From sequence record OP172784: DNA of 64,000 bases; one strand, 5' to 3'. Within the stretch, counting starts at the first letter, position 1. Every line of letters starts with the position of its first letter. The notes below the pieces were generated by a model, which worked only from the letters and a program-made list of their open reading frames with translations, was not told the origin of the DNA and searched no databases. The stretch comes from Escherichia phage ECO07P1. The translations under genes were made by a program, and so were the position numbers. Positions 33,010 through 41,706 of this stretch are shown one piece after another.

Positions 33010-33268
33010 AGATATTAAGGGTTATAAGCCACATACTGAAGAGAAAATCGGTAAAGTGAATGCTATTAAAGACGCTGAAGTTCGTTTAGGACTTATCTTT
33101 GGTGCTTTATACGATGAATTCTGGGAAGCACTAGATAATTGTGAAGACTGTGAATTCGCGAAGAATTATGCTGAAAGCCTTGATCAGTTAACTATTGCTA
33201 AAACTAAACTCAAAGAAGCCAGTATGTGGGCTTGTCGTGCTGTGTTCCAACCAGAGGAAAAATACTAA
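33002..33268 (+). CDS. hypothetical small helical protein
   Basis: 88 aa; stop overlaps next start (TAATG). Confidence 0.55.
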   Translation: MIEDIKGYKPHTEEKIGKVNAIKDAEVRLGLIFGALYDEFWEALDNCEDCEFAKNYAESLDQLTIAKTKLKEASMWACRAVFQPEEKY

Positions 33269-33546
33269 TGGCTCAATTAAGCGCAGGGTTTGGTTATGAG
33301 TATTATACTGCCCCTCGTCGTGTATCTGTTGCTCCTAAGAAAATTCAAAGTCTTGATGACTTCCAGGAAGTAGTTCGTAACGCTTTCCAGGACTATGCAC
33401 GTTATCTTAAAGAAGATTCACAGGACTGTCTCGAAGAAGATGAAATTGCTTACTATGAGCAGCGTCTTGAACAGCTTAAAAACCTACATGAGGTTCGTGC
33501 AGAAGTTACAAAGTCTATGAATAAATTGATTAGATTTAAAGAATAA
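33268..33546 (+). CDS. hypothetical small helical protein
   Basis: 92 aa from MAQLSAGF; track ORF begins upstream. Confidence 0.55.
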   Translation: MAQLSAGFGYEYYTAPRRVSVAPKKIQSLDDFQEVVRNAFQDYARYLKEDSQDCLEEDEIAYYEQRLEQLKNLHEVRAEVTKSMNKLIRFKE

Positions 33547-33548
33547 CT

Positions 33549-33579
33549 GTTTACTTTTCCTCTTGACTGTGGTATAATT
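33549..33579 (+). promoter_or_regulatory. early promoter for regB
   Basis: GTTTAC, 18 bp, tGGTATAAT; SD gaggag. Confidence 0.6.
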
Positions 33580-33605
33580 TTTCTATCAGTTAAGAGGAGA
33601 ATAAC

Positions 33606-34067
33606 ATGACTATCAACACAGAAGTTTTTATCCGTCGAAATAAGCTCCGTCGTCACTTTGAGTCGGAGTTTCGTCAAATTAACAATGAGATTCGTGAGGC
33701 ATCAAAAGCAACAGGAGTCTCATCGTTTCATCTAAAATATTCTCAGCATCTTCTTGATCGTGCAATTCAGCGGGAGATTGATGAGACATATGTTTTTGAA
33801 TTATTCCACAAAATAAAAGACCATGTTTTAGAAGTTAATGAATTCCTGAGTATGCCTCCACGCCCTGATATTGACGAAGATTTTATTGATGGTGTTGAAT
33901 ATCGTCCTGGACGTTTAGAAATCACAGATGGAAATCTTTGGCTTGGATTTACAGTTTGTAAACCTAATGCGAAGTTCAAAGACCCGTCGCTTCAATGTAG
34001 GATGGCAATTATCAACAGTCGTCGTTTACCAGGAAAGGCTTCTAAAGCAGTAATTAAAACTCAATGA
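33606..34067 (+). CDS. regB: site-specific RNA endonuclease RegB
   Basis: 153 aa; size and synteny as T4 RegB. Confidence 0.8.
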   Translation: MTINTEVFIRRNKLRRHFESEFRQINNEIREASKATGVSSFHLKYSQHLLDRAIQREIDETYVFELFHKIKDHVLEVNEFLSMPPRPDIDEDFIDGVEYRPGRLEITDGNLWLGFTVCKPNAKFKDPSLQCRMAIINSRRLPGKASKAVIKTQ

Positions 34068-34074
34068 GGTAAGC

Positions 34075-34620
34075 ATGAGAAAAGCACTACTCGCTGGTCT
34101 ATTGGCCATTTCTATGATGGCACATAGCTCCGAGCATACTTTCAGTAATGTCCAACTCGATAACATGCGTTACGCGTATCAATTCGGGGAACAATTTTCT
34201 AAGGATGGAAAATATAAAACACATAAAAATATCCACAAGAGCGGATTAGGTCATATAATGGCTGCTATTTTATGGCAAGAAAGCTCTGCCGGAGTTAATT
34301 TAAAATCTAAACCAAAGCATCATGCCTATGGAATGTTCCAAAATTATTTGCCGACCATGCGAGCAAGAGTTAAGGAACTTGGTTATAATATGACCGATGC
34401 CGAAATAAAAAGAATGTTGAATAAACGGTCCAATTCAGCTTCCTGGGCGTACATTGAACTTTCTTATTGGTTAAATATACATAAGGGTGATATAAGAAAG
34501 GCAATATCCTCTTATAATTCGGGATGGAATGTTAAAGCAGGTTCTAAATATGCTTCTGAAGTCCTAGAAAAGGCTAACTACCTTAAAAATAATAAACTGT
34601 TGGAAATAGTAAATGACTAA
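34075..34620 (+). CDS. secreted lytic transglycosylase (SLT)-like protein
   Basis: 181 aa; signal peptide MRKALLAGLLAISMMAHS; SLT-like motifs WQESSAG and SYNSG. Confidence 0.65.
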   Translation: MRKALLAGLLAISMMAHSSEHTFSNVQLDNMRYAYQFGEQFSKDGKYKTHKNIHKSGLGHIMAAILWQESSAGVNLKSKPKHHAYGMFQNYLPTMRARVKELGYNMTDAEIKRMLNKRSNSASWAYIELSYWLNIHKGDIRKAISSYNSGWNVKAGSKYASEVLEKANYLKNNKLLEIVND

Positions 34621-34954
34621 AATTTTGGTTTTATGTGTAGGATTAATTTCATTTTCTGCGTTAGCAAATACATCATACACTGAAATTAGAGAGTATGCAA
34701 ACCGTACTGCCGCGGATTATTGTGGGAAAAATAAAGCATGCCAAGCTGAATTTGCACAGAAATTAATATATGCATATAAAGACGGAGAAAGAGATAAATC
34801 AAGCAGATATAAAAATGATACTTTATTAAAACGATATGCTAAAAAGTGGAATACTTTAGAATGTTCAGTTGCGGAGGAGAAAGATAAAGCCGCTTGTCAT
34901 TCAATGGTTGACCGTTTGGTAGATTCTTATAATCGAGGATTGAGTACTAGATGA
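34613..34954 (+). CDS. small secreted protein (at the position of T4 vs)
   Basis: 113 aa with signal-peptide-like N-terminus; several Cys. Confidence 0.55.
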   Translation: MTKILVLCVGLISFSALANTSYTEIREYANRTAADYCGKNKACQAEFAQKLIYAYKDGERDKSSRYKNDTLLKRYAKKWNTLECSVAEEKDKAACHSMVDRLVDSYNRGLSTR

Positions 34955-35430
34955 TTGTAAAATATATCAAGGGCGATATTGTCGCCCTATTTCTTCAAGG
35001 AAATATTATTGCGCACGGGTGCAATTGTTTTCATACTATGGGTTCAGGTGTAGCGGGTCAATTAGCAAGGGCCTATCCTAAAATTTTAGAAATAGATAAA
35101 ACCACTACCGAGTACGGTTCTCGTGATAAATTAGGCGATATGTCTATTGTTTTTAAGCATAGTCCTACGGGATTTGGTATATGCTATAACCTGTATACGC
35201 AATACGAACCGGGTCCTAATCTTGATTATGGTGCTTTAGTAAATTGCATGATAGAATTAAATCTACAGGCAGAAACCCTTTTGTTTAAACCAGTAATTTA
35301 CATTCCACGCATAGGTTGCGGTATTGCTGGAGGCGATTGGGATAAGGTTTCTAAATTAATCGACATGTTTACTCCTGATATTGATTTAATAGTGGTGGAT
35401 TATGAAAGCACATTACCCGCATCCGTTTGA
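34951..35430 (+). CDS. macro-domain (ADP-ribose binding/processing) protein
   Basis: 159 aa; KGDIV...AHGCNCFHTMGSGVAGQL and IPRIGCGIAGG resemble macro-domain motifs. Confidence 0.65.
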   Translation: MIVKYIKGDIVALFLQGNIIAHGCNCFHTMGSGVAGQLARAYPKILEIDKTTTEYGSRDKLGDMSIVFKHSPTGFGICYNLYTQYEPGPNLDYGALVNCMIELNLQAETLLFKPVIYIPRIGCGIAGGDWDKVSKLIDMFTPDIDLIVVDYESTLPASV

Positions 35431-35614
35431 CCCTAAAAATAAAGCGGAAATTATTCGTCAATGGGAACGCATTTGCCGTACTAAATGCCCAATTAATAGT
35501 CCACATGATGTAGATAAAGACTATATTGGAACATTCGTTGAATATACCTTTATTGATAAGAAAGGTCGTAAACAACATGTAGAAGAATATTGCTTAAAGG
35601 TTACATGGTTATGA
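35402..35614 (+). CDS. hypothetical protein
   Basis: 70-aa ORF, Cys-containing. Confidence 0.5.
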   Translation: MKAHYPHPFDPKNKAEIIRQWERICRTKCPINSPHDVDKDYIGTFVEYTFIDKKGRKQHVEEYCLKVTWL

Positions 35615-35796
35615 GTCTGAGTAAAGAACAAAAAGACAGACTGTTTTCTCTTATTCACGAAGTTATGGATAAAAATAGTGAATTGGAAAAAGTTTGCGAT
35701 GAATGCGGTCCTTTTAATACCGACGAATACGAAGAACTGTGTAAAGATTTCGACGATAAAGAACAAGAACTTATTGATTATATAAATTCCTTATGA
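35611..35796 (+). CDS. small helical protein, EQ-family paralog
   Basis: 61 aa from MSLSKEQKDRLFSLIHEV; ATGA overlap. Confidence 0.5.
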   Translation: MSLSKEQKDRLFSLIHEVMDKNSELEKVCDECGPFNTDEYEELCKDFDDKEQELIDYINSL

Positions 35797-35981
35797 TTAC
35801 TCGCGAACAAAAGAATGAAATACGATTTTTAATCAGCGAAATTACTAGTTTAGAACGAGATTTATCTTTTGAATTGGCTTCGGATTATGGAGATGCTGAA
35901 ACATACTACGAATTAGTAAAATCTATCGATAAAGCTGAAAATGATTTAGAAACATATTTAGAAAATTTAACTAAGGACTAA
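35793..35981 (+). CDS. small helical protein, EQ-family paralog
   Basis: 62 aa, MITREQKNEIRFLISEI; ATGA overlap. Confidence 0.5.
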   Translation: MITREQKNEIRFLISEITSLERDLSFELASDYGDAETYYELVKSIDKAENDLETYLENLTKD

Positions 35982-35982
35982 G

Positions 35983-36564
35983 ATGGCGAGTTTAATTTTT
36001 ACTTATGCAGCAATGAATGCTGGAAAATCTGCTTCTCTTTTGACTGCTGCGCATAATTATAAAGAACGTGGAATGAGTGTATTAGTTCTTAAGCCTGCTA
36101 TTGATACTCGCGATTCTGTCTGTGAAGTCGTTTCTCGCATTGGAATTAAGCAGGAAGCGAATATTATTACGGATGATATGGATATTTTTGAGTTCTATAA
36201 ATGGGCTGAAGCACAAAAAGATATTCATTGCGTATTTGTAGATGAAGCCCAATTTTTAAAAACTGAACAGGTGCATCAATTAAGTCGAATTGTTGATACA
36301 TATAATGTTCCTGTTATGGCTTATGGTCTAAGGACTGATTTCGCTGGAAAATTATTTGAAGGTTCTAAGGAACTTTTGGCGATTGCAGATAAACTTATTG
36401 AACTGAAGGCAGTTTGTCATTGCGGTAAAAAAGCGATTATGACAGCTCGATTAATGGAAGATGGAACACCAGTTAAAGAAGGTAATCAAATCTGTATTGG
36501 TGATGAAATTTATGTTTCTTTGTGTAGAAAACATTGGAACGAATTAACTAAAAAGCTCGGTTAG
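35983..36564 (+). CDS. tk: thymidine kinase
   Basis: 193 aa; P-loop AMNAGKSASLL; C-terminal Zn-binding Cys pairs. Confidence 0.95.
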   Translation: MASLIFTYAAMNAGKSASLLTAAHNYKERGMSVLVLKPAIDTRDSVCEVVSRIGIKQEANIITDDMDIFEFYKWAEAQKDIHCVFVDEAQFLKTEQVHQLSRIVDTYNVPVMAYGLRTDFAGKLFEGSKELLAIADKLIELKAVCHCGKKAIMTARLMEDGTPVKEGNQICIGDEIYVSLCRKHWNELTKKLG

Positions 36565-36573
36565 TGCAAAAGT

Positions 36574-36581
36574 TATAAATA
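36574..36581 (+). promoter_or_regulatory. candidate late promoter TATAAATA upstream of rI.-1/rI
   Basis: Exact TATAAATA about 25 nt upstream of the 36607 ATG. Confidence 0.4.
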
Positions 36582-36606
36582 GGTTTATCTAACTAAAGGG
36601 GTATAT

Positions 36607-36819
36607 ATGCTACAATTAACTGAAAAGCAACTTCGCAATCTTACTGTTCTTCAATTAGATGAAATTCGTAGGGAAGTTGGAAATATCATTTCAGCTTTGC
36701 GTCGAGAAGTATCGCTCAACCAATCTCCGGCAGACTATACTAGATTGCGAAATTTTGAAAAATACCTTGATAAAGTTAAGGCCGTACATCGGCATAAAGT
36801 AAATACAGGACAAAAATGA
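36607..36819 (+). CDS. rI.-1: hypothetical protein at the rI.-1 position
   Basis: 70-aa ORF directly upstream of rI. Confidence 0.6.
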
Positions 36820-36831
36820 TAGGAGGCCTTT

Positions 36832-37125
36832 ATGGCCTTAAAAGCAGCGGCACTATTCGCCATGCTAGGATTAGCGTTTGTTTTATCTCCGCCGATTGAA
36901 GCGAATGTCGATCCTCATTTTGATAAATTTATGGAATCTGGTATTAGACATGTTTATACGCTTTTTGAAAATAAAAGCGTAGAATCATCTAAACAGTTCT
37001 ATAGTTTCATGCGAACGACCTATAAAAATGACCCGTGTTCTTCTGATTTTGAATGTATAGAACGAGGCGCGGAGATGGCACAATCATACGCTAGAATTAT
37101 GAACATTAAATTGGAGACTGAATGA
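36832..37125 (+). CDS. rI: lysis inhibition regulator rI (periplasmic antiholin)
   Basis: 97 aa; MALKAAALFAMLGLAFVLSPPIEANVDPHFDKF matches remembered T4 RI. Confidence 0.9.
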   Translation: MALKAAALFAMLGLAFVLSPPIEANVDPHFDKFMESGIRHVYTLFENKSVESSKQFYSFMRTTYKNDPCSSDFECIERGAEMAQSYARIMNIKLETE

Positions 37126-37508
37126 AATTCAGCGACTTTTCACAAAGTGGAAAACCTTCAAAGGCAGATGAATACTTAGGTTTATTAATGGCTGCGCAAG
37201 CTTATTTTCATTCTGCGCATTTTGAAACTAAAAGTTATGCTAGACACAAAGCATACGATTTTATTTTTTCCGAGTTGCCAGATTTGATTGATAAATTTGG
37301 TGAGCAATATTTGGGGTATTCTGGTAGAAAATACACACCTTCAATTCCAGATGCTAGTAAACTTCCTACCGACACAATTAAAATGATTGATCGTATACTA
37401 GACCAATCTAACAGCATTTACAAAGAAATGCCTCCAGCCATTCAAAGCACGATAGATGATATTACTGGAATGTTTTATCAAAGTAAGTATCTTCTTTCCC
37501 TCGAATAA
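37122..37508 (+). CDS. rI.1: hypothetical protein at the rI.1 position
   Basis: 128 aa; ATGA overlap with rI. Confidence 0.65.
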   Translation: MKFSDFSQSGKPSKADEYLGLLMAAQAYFHSAHFETKSYARHKAYDFIFSELPDLIDKFGEQYLGYSGRKYTPSIPDASKLPTDTIKMIDRILDQSNSIYKEMPPAIQSTIDDITGMFYQSKYLLSLE

Positions 37509-37512
37509 CATT

Positions 37513-37536
37513 AGTCTCCTTCGGGAGACTTTTTTC
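37513..37536 (+). terminator. rho-independent terminator
   Basis: agtctcc-ttcg-ggagact then TTTTTT. Confidence 0.65.
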
Positions 37537-37545
37537 ATTTTACCG

Positions 37546-37576
37546 GTTTACTTTCCATTTGAGCTGTGATACTATA
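37546..37576 (+). promoter_or_regulatory. early promoter
   Basis: GTTTAC, 18 bp, tGTGATACTAT; SD gaggag. Confidence 0.6.
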
Positions 37577-37603
37577 CAACCATCGGATAAAGAGGAGAAC
37601 ATC

Positions 37604-37792
37604 ATGAAAATTGAAGCACTTAATCAAGAAGGAAATATCTACGTCATCATTAATGGTGATTTTTTCGTCGACATGGATGAAGTTACCAGTGAAGAGCTTG
37701 TAGAACTTCTTAAGAAACGTTATGATATGTGTGATGAAGCTGCAACTCATATGGCGTGTGCAATGTTCTCTCTTTCATATGTGGTGGAATAA
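37604..37792 (+). CDS. hypothetical small protein
   Basis: 62 aa from [10 protein letters not shown]. Confidence 0.55.
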   Translation: MKIEALNQEGNIYVIINGDFFVDMDEVTSEELVELLKKRYDMCDEAATHMACAMFSLSYVVE

Positions 37793-37995
37793 TGATTAGT
37801 ATAGAACAAGCAGATAAAATTAAAGAATTGATAGCTTTAATTCGCAAAGCAGACGAGGAACTTAGTGACTTTGCTTGGTTTTCGGCAGGCATTGCAAATA
37901 AAGGCGCTGAAGAACTTGAAGCTAAAGTTGATAATGCTGTAGAAGCTTTAGATATGTTTCTTGATGAAATTATCGATCACAATACGAGAGTTTAA
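37792..37995 (+). CDS. small helical protein, EQ-family paralog
   Basis: 67 aa, [17 protein letters not shown]; TAATG overlap. Confidence 0.5.
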   Translation: MISIEQADKIKELIALIRKADEELSDFAWFSAGIANKGAEELEAKVDNAVEALDMFLDEIIDHNTRV

Positions 37996-37997
37996 GT

Positions 37998-38192
37998 ATG
38001 CTAACACGTGAACAGTTTGAAAAAATCATTAAATTAGCACGTGATATTGAAATAGATTCATACCAATTGGCAGTTGAGCATTGTGAAGGATATTCATACG
38101 ATGGTATAGAAGCGGCTAAAAAGGATTTGGATAAATCCAAAGCTAAGTTAGTTCAATATCTTGAAATGATTAGGTGGAATAATGAAAACTGA
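37998..38192 (+). CDS. small helical protein, EQ-family paralog
   Basis: 64 aa, MLTREQFEKIIKLARDI. Confidence 0.5.
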   Translation: MLTREQFEKIIKLARDIEIDSYQLAVEHCEGYSYDGIEAAKKDLDKSKAKLVQYLEMIRWNNEN

Positions 38193-38355
38193 AAAGCAGA
38201 TGTTTTTAATGAAGCTAATTGAAGAATATGCTAATGCAGTTTCTGACTACGATTATTCTTCTCGTGAAAGAGGTACAGCTTTCGCAAAGGAAGAAATGAA
38301 AATCATGGTTGATGCTCACACAAAACTCCAGAATTTTATTGAAAACGTCATTTAA
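38182..38355 (+). CDS. small helical protein (57 aa), EQ-family-like
   Basis: MKTEKQMFLMKLIEEY; junction ggtggaataATGa identical to that of the 37792 gene. Confidence 0.4.
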   Translation: MKTEKQMFLMKLIEEYANAVSDYDYSSRERGTAFAKEEMKIMVDAHTKLQNFIENVI

Positions 38356-38357
38356 CG

Positions 38358-38400
38358 GTTTATAAGTTGGCAAGGTTATGGTATAGTAATCTTGCCAACT
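38358..38400 (+). promoter_or_regulatory. early promoter with perfect 10-bp inverted repeat bracketing the -10
   Basis: GTTTAT, 18 bp, TATAGT; arms agttggcaag (38365-38374) and cttgccaact (38391-38400). Confidence 0.5.
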
Positions 38401-38415
38401 GCCAGGGAGAAGAGA

Positions 38416-38520
38416 ATGAAAGTTTTGTTTGTTGTGTATGTGATGATTCAATATTATCATCCGATGTTTACTTATAATCTGGTGAACAACATTATTGATA
38501 TTATTCAAAGGAGTATGTAA
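38416..38520 (+). CDS. possible 34-aa hydrophobic peptide
   Basis: ATG with SD gggagaagaga; MKVLFVVYVMIQYYHPMF... Confidence 0.3.
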   Translation: MKVLFVVYVMIQYYHPMFTYNLVNNIIDIIQRSM

Positions 38521-38522
38521 TT

Positions 38523-39080
38523 GTGAGTGAGTCGAAGAGAATCAATATGAAACGATTAGTATTAGAAGTTAGTCCGCTTTTTGGTGAATTGGCTATAGAA
38601 AAAGTAAATAACATGTATCGTTTGACGCAAGAAGACGATATGCTATATTTTACGCCTAGTGAAATCATTCATTTAACCCAAATTGAAAATCCTTATACTG
38701 ATAAAATTGTAAGCATTAATGATGAGCATAAAATTCATTTTTATTCTTTATGCCCAGGATTTAATATTGAAAGCGAGTCAATATGCTTATCAATTAATAA
38801 TTGGGATAATTTTATAACTTACATTAAATATTTTTATTATTCTAATGAAAGAAAACATAGTTTAAAATGGCTTAAAAATTGCAATGCTATTATTACTAAC
38901 GCTTGCGATCAGAATGATGAAACTGTTTTAAGTGTATCAAAATGTTATGAAGAAGGAGATGTCTTAACTATTCGTCAAATTGATGATTTTCGAGCGCATA
39001 TTGTCACATTTACCAAAGATGAAGCTATTGCGTTAAAGACTTATCTTGATTCTGTCATTCCAACTATGATTTCAAAGTGA
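38523..39080 (+). CDS. hypothetical protein, paralog A
   Basis: 185 aa, GTG start 10 nt after SD aaggag; C-terminus EAIALKTYLDSVIPTMISK. Confidence 0.6.
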   Translation: MSESKRINMKRLVLEVSPLFGELAIEKVNNMYRLTQEDDMLYFTPSEIIHLTQIENPYTDKIVSINDEHKIHFYSLCPGFNIESESICLSINNWDNFITYIKYFYYSNERKHSLKWLKNCNAIITNACDQNDETVLSVSKCYEEGDVLTIRQIDDFRAHIVTFTKDEAIALKTYLDSVIPTMISK

Positions 39081-39610
39081 GGAAATATGTGTTTATTTCA
39101 AGTGAAAGCGGTTTAATTCGTGTTGAATTTAAAAATGACATCTTCCTTATTCAAGGAGATGATATTATTAAAATGAGTTATGACGAAATCAAGAAAATTT
39201 GCCGTGCTCTTGAAAGTCATGGAAAAGTAAATGCTACTATCGATATAGGTGATTTATGGGTGACACTTTATGAAGTATCCGAAGGATTTAACATTGAAGA
39301 TGAAAACAACATCTTAGCTATTGATAAAAGAAGTGATTTGTTTGATGTGTTAAAAGTTTATGAACAGTCAAACGGTGGAAGAAAAGCTGCATTGATTTAT
39401 CAAAAACCACATTCATGTGGAACTGCTTCAATCATTTCAAATATTGAAGATGAAACTGATACTTATATGTGTGTTTTAAAGGCTGGCGGTGATCGTCATC
39501 CGGATTTTATTTCTATTCGTCAAAACAATGGAGAAATTTCATTATCAAAATCAGAAGCTGAAGCTATGATTAAGTATTTAACAACTGTTACACCTTCAAT
39601 GAAAGGATAG
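39077..39610 (+). CDS. hypothetical protein, paralog B
   Basis: 177 aa; C-terminus EAEAMIKYLTTVTPSMKG and GFNIEDEN resemble the upstream gene. Confidence 0.6.
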   Translation: MRKYVFISSESGLIRVEFKNDIFLIQGDDIIKMSYDEIKKICRALESHGKVNATIDIGDLWVTLYEVSEGFNIEDENNILAIDKRSDLFDVLKVYEQSNGGRKAALIYQKPHSCGTASIISNIEDETDTYMCVLKAGGDRHPDFISIRQNNGEISLSKSEAEAMIKYLTTVTPSMKG

Positions 39611-39612
39611 TT

Positions 39613-40074
39613 ATGATTATTAATGAAAGCTCTTGGCACTATAAATTATTCAAAATGTTTAATGATGAATGGAAACGACCTAAGACACTGTGCGCGTATT
39701 TTTGGTCTATTGTTATTCCTACATTTTTCGTTTCTTTTTTCGGATGTACTATACTCGCAGGTCTAACTATCATCTGCGCAGAAATTATGCAGAAATGGCT
39801 TATTTTTGGTAGTTTATGGACTCTTATTCCATCAGCATTTATACTTGCCATTTTGCTTGTTTTACTTATTATTGGTTCATTTGTTATTCCTGCACAACTG
39901 CGTGAAAAATATAAAGATTATAAATGGAAAAAGGATTATGCTTTACATGTAGAAAATATTGATAGGGCGTATAAAGGTTTACCTCCTATTCAACCCAAGA
40001 AATCTATTATCGTCGAATTTTTAAAAACGCGTAAAGCTAAAGTATGTCCTGTTATTGAATATAAGGCTGAATGA
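39613..40074 (+). CDS. membrane protein
   Basis: 153 aa; two long hydrophobic segments. Confidence 0.6.
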   Translation: MIINESSWHYKLFKMFNDEWKRPKTLCAYFWSIVIPTFFVSFFGCTILAGLTIICAEIMQKWLIFGSLWTLIPSAFILAILLVLLIIGSFVIPAQLREKYKDYKWKKDYALHVENIDRAYKGLPPIQPKKSIIVEFLKTRKAKVCPVIEYKAE

Positions 40075-41084
40075 TGAAAACTGTAGTTAAGTCTTATTTT
40101 GGTAGTCATCTTTATGGAACTTCTACTCCAGAATCTGATGTAGATTTTAAAGAAATCTTTGTTCCTCCTGCTCGCGATATTCTTATCGGAAATGTTAAAG
40201 AGCATATGAGTAAAAATACTAACAACACATCATCTAAAAACACTAAAGATGATATTGACCATGAACTATACAGTCTTAAGTATTTCTTTAAATTAGCAAC
40301 AGATGGTGAAACCGTAGCATTGGATATGCTCCACACTCCACCTGAACTGGTAGTTAAATCTGATTTGCCTGATGTATGGAAGTTTATTCAAGACAATCGT
40401 TCTCGTTTTTATACGACTAACATGAAATCCTATTTAGGATATGTCCGCAAGCAAGCTTCTAAATATGGTGTTAAGGGTTCTCGTTTGGCCGCATTACGTG
40501 ATGTATTGAAAGTAGTTAATCAAATCCCCGATCAGTGGGTTGATTACCGAGAAGATGGAACACAAGGACAACGTCGTACTAAAATTGCAGATATTAAGCA
40601 TCGTCTTCCAGAAAACGAGTTCTGCGAATGGGTATTCCATAATCATGAGAAAACGGGCCCGCAAACGTTCTATACTGTGTTGGGTCGTAAATATCAAACA
40701 ACGCTTTCTCTTATTGAGCTTAAGCAGTCTTTGAATAAACTTGATGCTGAATATGGTGAACGTGCTCGTAAAGCTGAAGCTAATGAGGGCATTGACTGGA
40801 AAGCACTGAGTCATGCTTGCCGAGGTGGACTCCAACTATTGGAAATTTACAAAACTGGTGACTTAGTCTATCCACTCCAAGACGCTCCATTTATTCTCGA
40901 CGTGAAGTTGGGTAAACATCCATTTAAAACTGTTCAAGAGTTTTTGGAAGATGTGGTCGATCAAGTAGAAGCAGCATCCATTGAAGCTTCTAAGAACGGT
41001 ATGCAGCAAAAAGTAGACATGGGTTTCTGGGATGACTTCCTTGAGAGGGTTTATCTTGAAAACCACCGAAGTTATTATAAATGA
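40071..41084 (+). CDS. Pol-beta-superfamily nucleotidyltransferase-like protein
   Basis: 337 aa; N-terminal G-S-x9-D-x-D motif (FGSHLYGTSTPESDVDF) and downstream acidic residue (ALDMLH). Confidence 0.65.
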   Translation: MMKTVVKSYFGSHLYGTSTPESDVDFKEIFVPPARDILIGNVKEHMSKNTNNTSSKNTKDDIDHELYSLKYFFKLATDGETVALDMLHTPPELVVKSDLPDVWKFIQDNRSRFYTTNMKSYLGYVRKQASKYGVKGSRLAALRDVLKVVNQIPDQWVDYREDGTQGQRRTKIADIKHRLPENEFCEWVFHNHEKTGPQTFYTVLGRKYQTTLSLIELKQSLNKLDAEYGERARKAEANEGIDWKALSHACRGGLQLLEIYKTGDLVYPLQDAPFILDVKLGKHPFKTVQEFLEDVVDQVEAASIEASKNGMQQKVDMGFWDDFLERVYLENHRSYYK

Positions 41085-41086
41085 TA

Positions 41087-41112
41087 GGGAGCCTTCGGGC
41101 TCCCTTTTTTGT
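41087..41112 (+). terminator. rho-independent terminator
   Basis: gggagcc-ttcg-ggctccc then TTTTTT. Confidence 0.65.
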
Positions 41113-41133
41113 TTAAAATGACGTCACAAAGTT

Positions 41134-41164
41134 GTTTACTTCTATCGCAAAGCATATTATAATA
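41134..41164 (+). promoter_or_regulatory. early promoter
   Basis: tcacaaagttGTTTAC, 18 bp, TATAAT. Confidence 0.55.
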
Positions 41165-41209
41165 TATGTGTAGTTAATTAATTGCTCTTTAAAAATTGAG
41201 GAGAATACA

Positions 41210-41695
41210 ATGCATATTTTAATGCAATGCCTTGGCAACAAAATTAATGATTTTAATCATAAGCGTGTTAATGATTACATTAAAGACAAACTTGAGATTA
41301 AAGACATACTTTTTAGAGGACTTACAATAGAGGAAGTGCTATCTTATAAGTTTGAAGTTAATAGGAGAATCAAATTTAAAAGAATAACTTCCTTTAGCAG
41401 TGAGTCTCATATAGCTGAAACGTTTGCTGCAGAACGCTATATGACTAATATTTTAGTAGTGTTAAAAAATGCAAACGTTTTTGACTATTCGACTGCTATG
41501 ATTGACATTTTAGAAAATTTAATCGCAATTGAAGAATCTGGCCAAACTGACGATGATAAGCTTAACAAGCTTTATGATAATCTTTGCATGGTAGATTATG
41601 AAAGAGAGTTTTTACTGCCAATTAATTCTGAGTTAATAGTTAAAAACATATATTTTGATAGCAAAAAGAACATGCATATAGTAGAAATGGAATAA
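41210..41695 (+). CDS. hypothetical protein
   Basis: 161 aa; SD gaggag. Confidence 0.6.
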   Translation: MHILMQCLGNKINDFNHKRVNDYIKDKLEIKDILFRGLTIEEVLSYKFEVNRRIKFKRITSFSSESHIAETFAAERYMTNILVVLKNANVFDYSTAMIDILENLIAIEESGQTDDDKLNKLYDNLCMVDYEREFLLPINSELIVKNIYFDSKKNMHIVEME

Positions 41696-41706
41696 ATCAA
41701 CACAAA

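Noticed and set aside
38215-38508. Minus-strand 97-aa ORF
   Set aside because: Antisense to a compact plus-strand early gene block, with no promoter or SD on the minus strand; the plus strand here carries a small gene, a promoter and a short peptide ORF.
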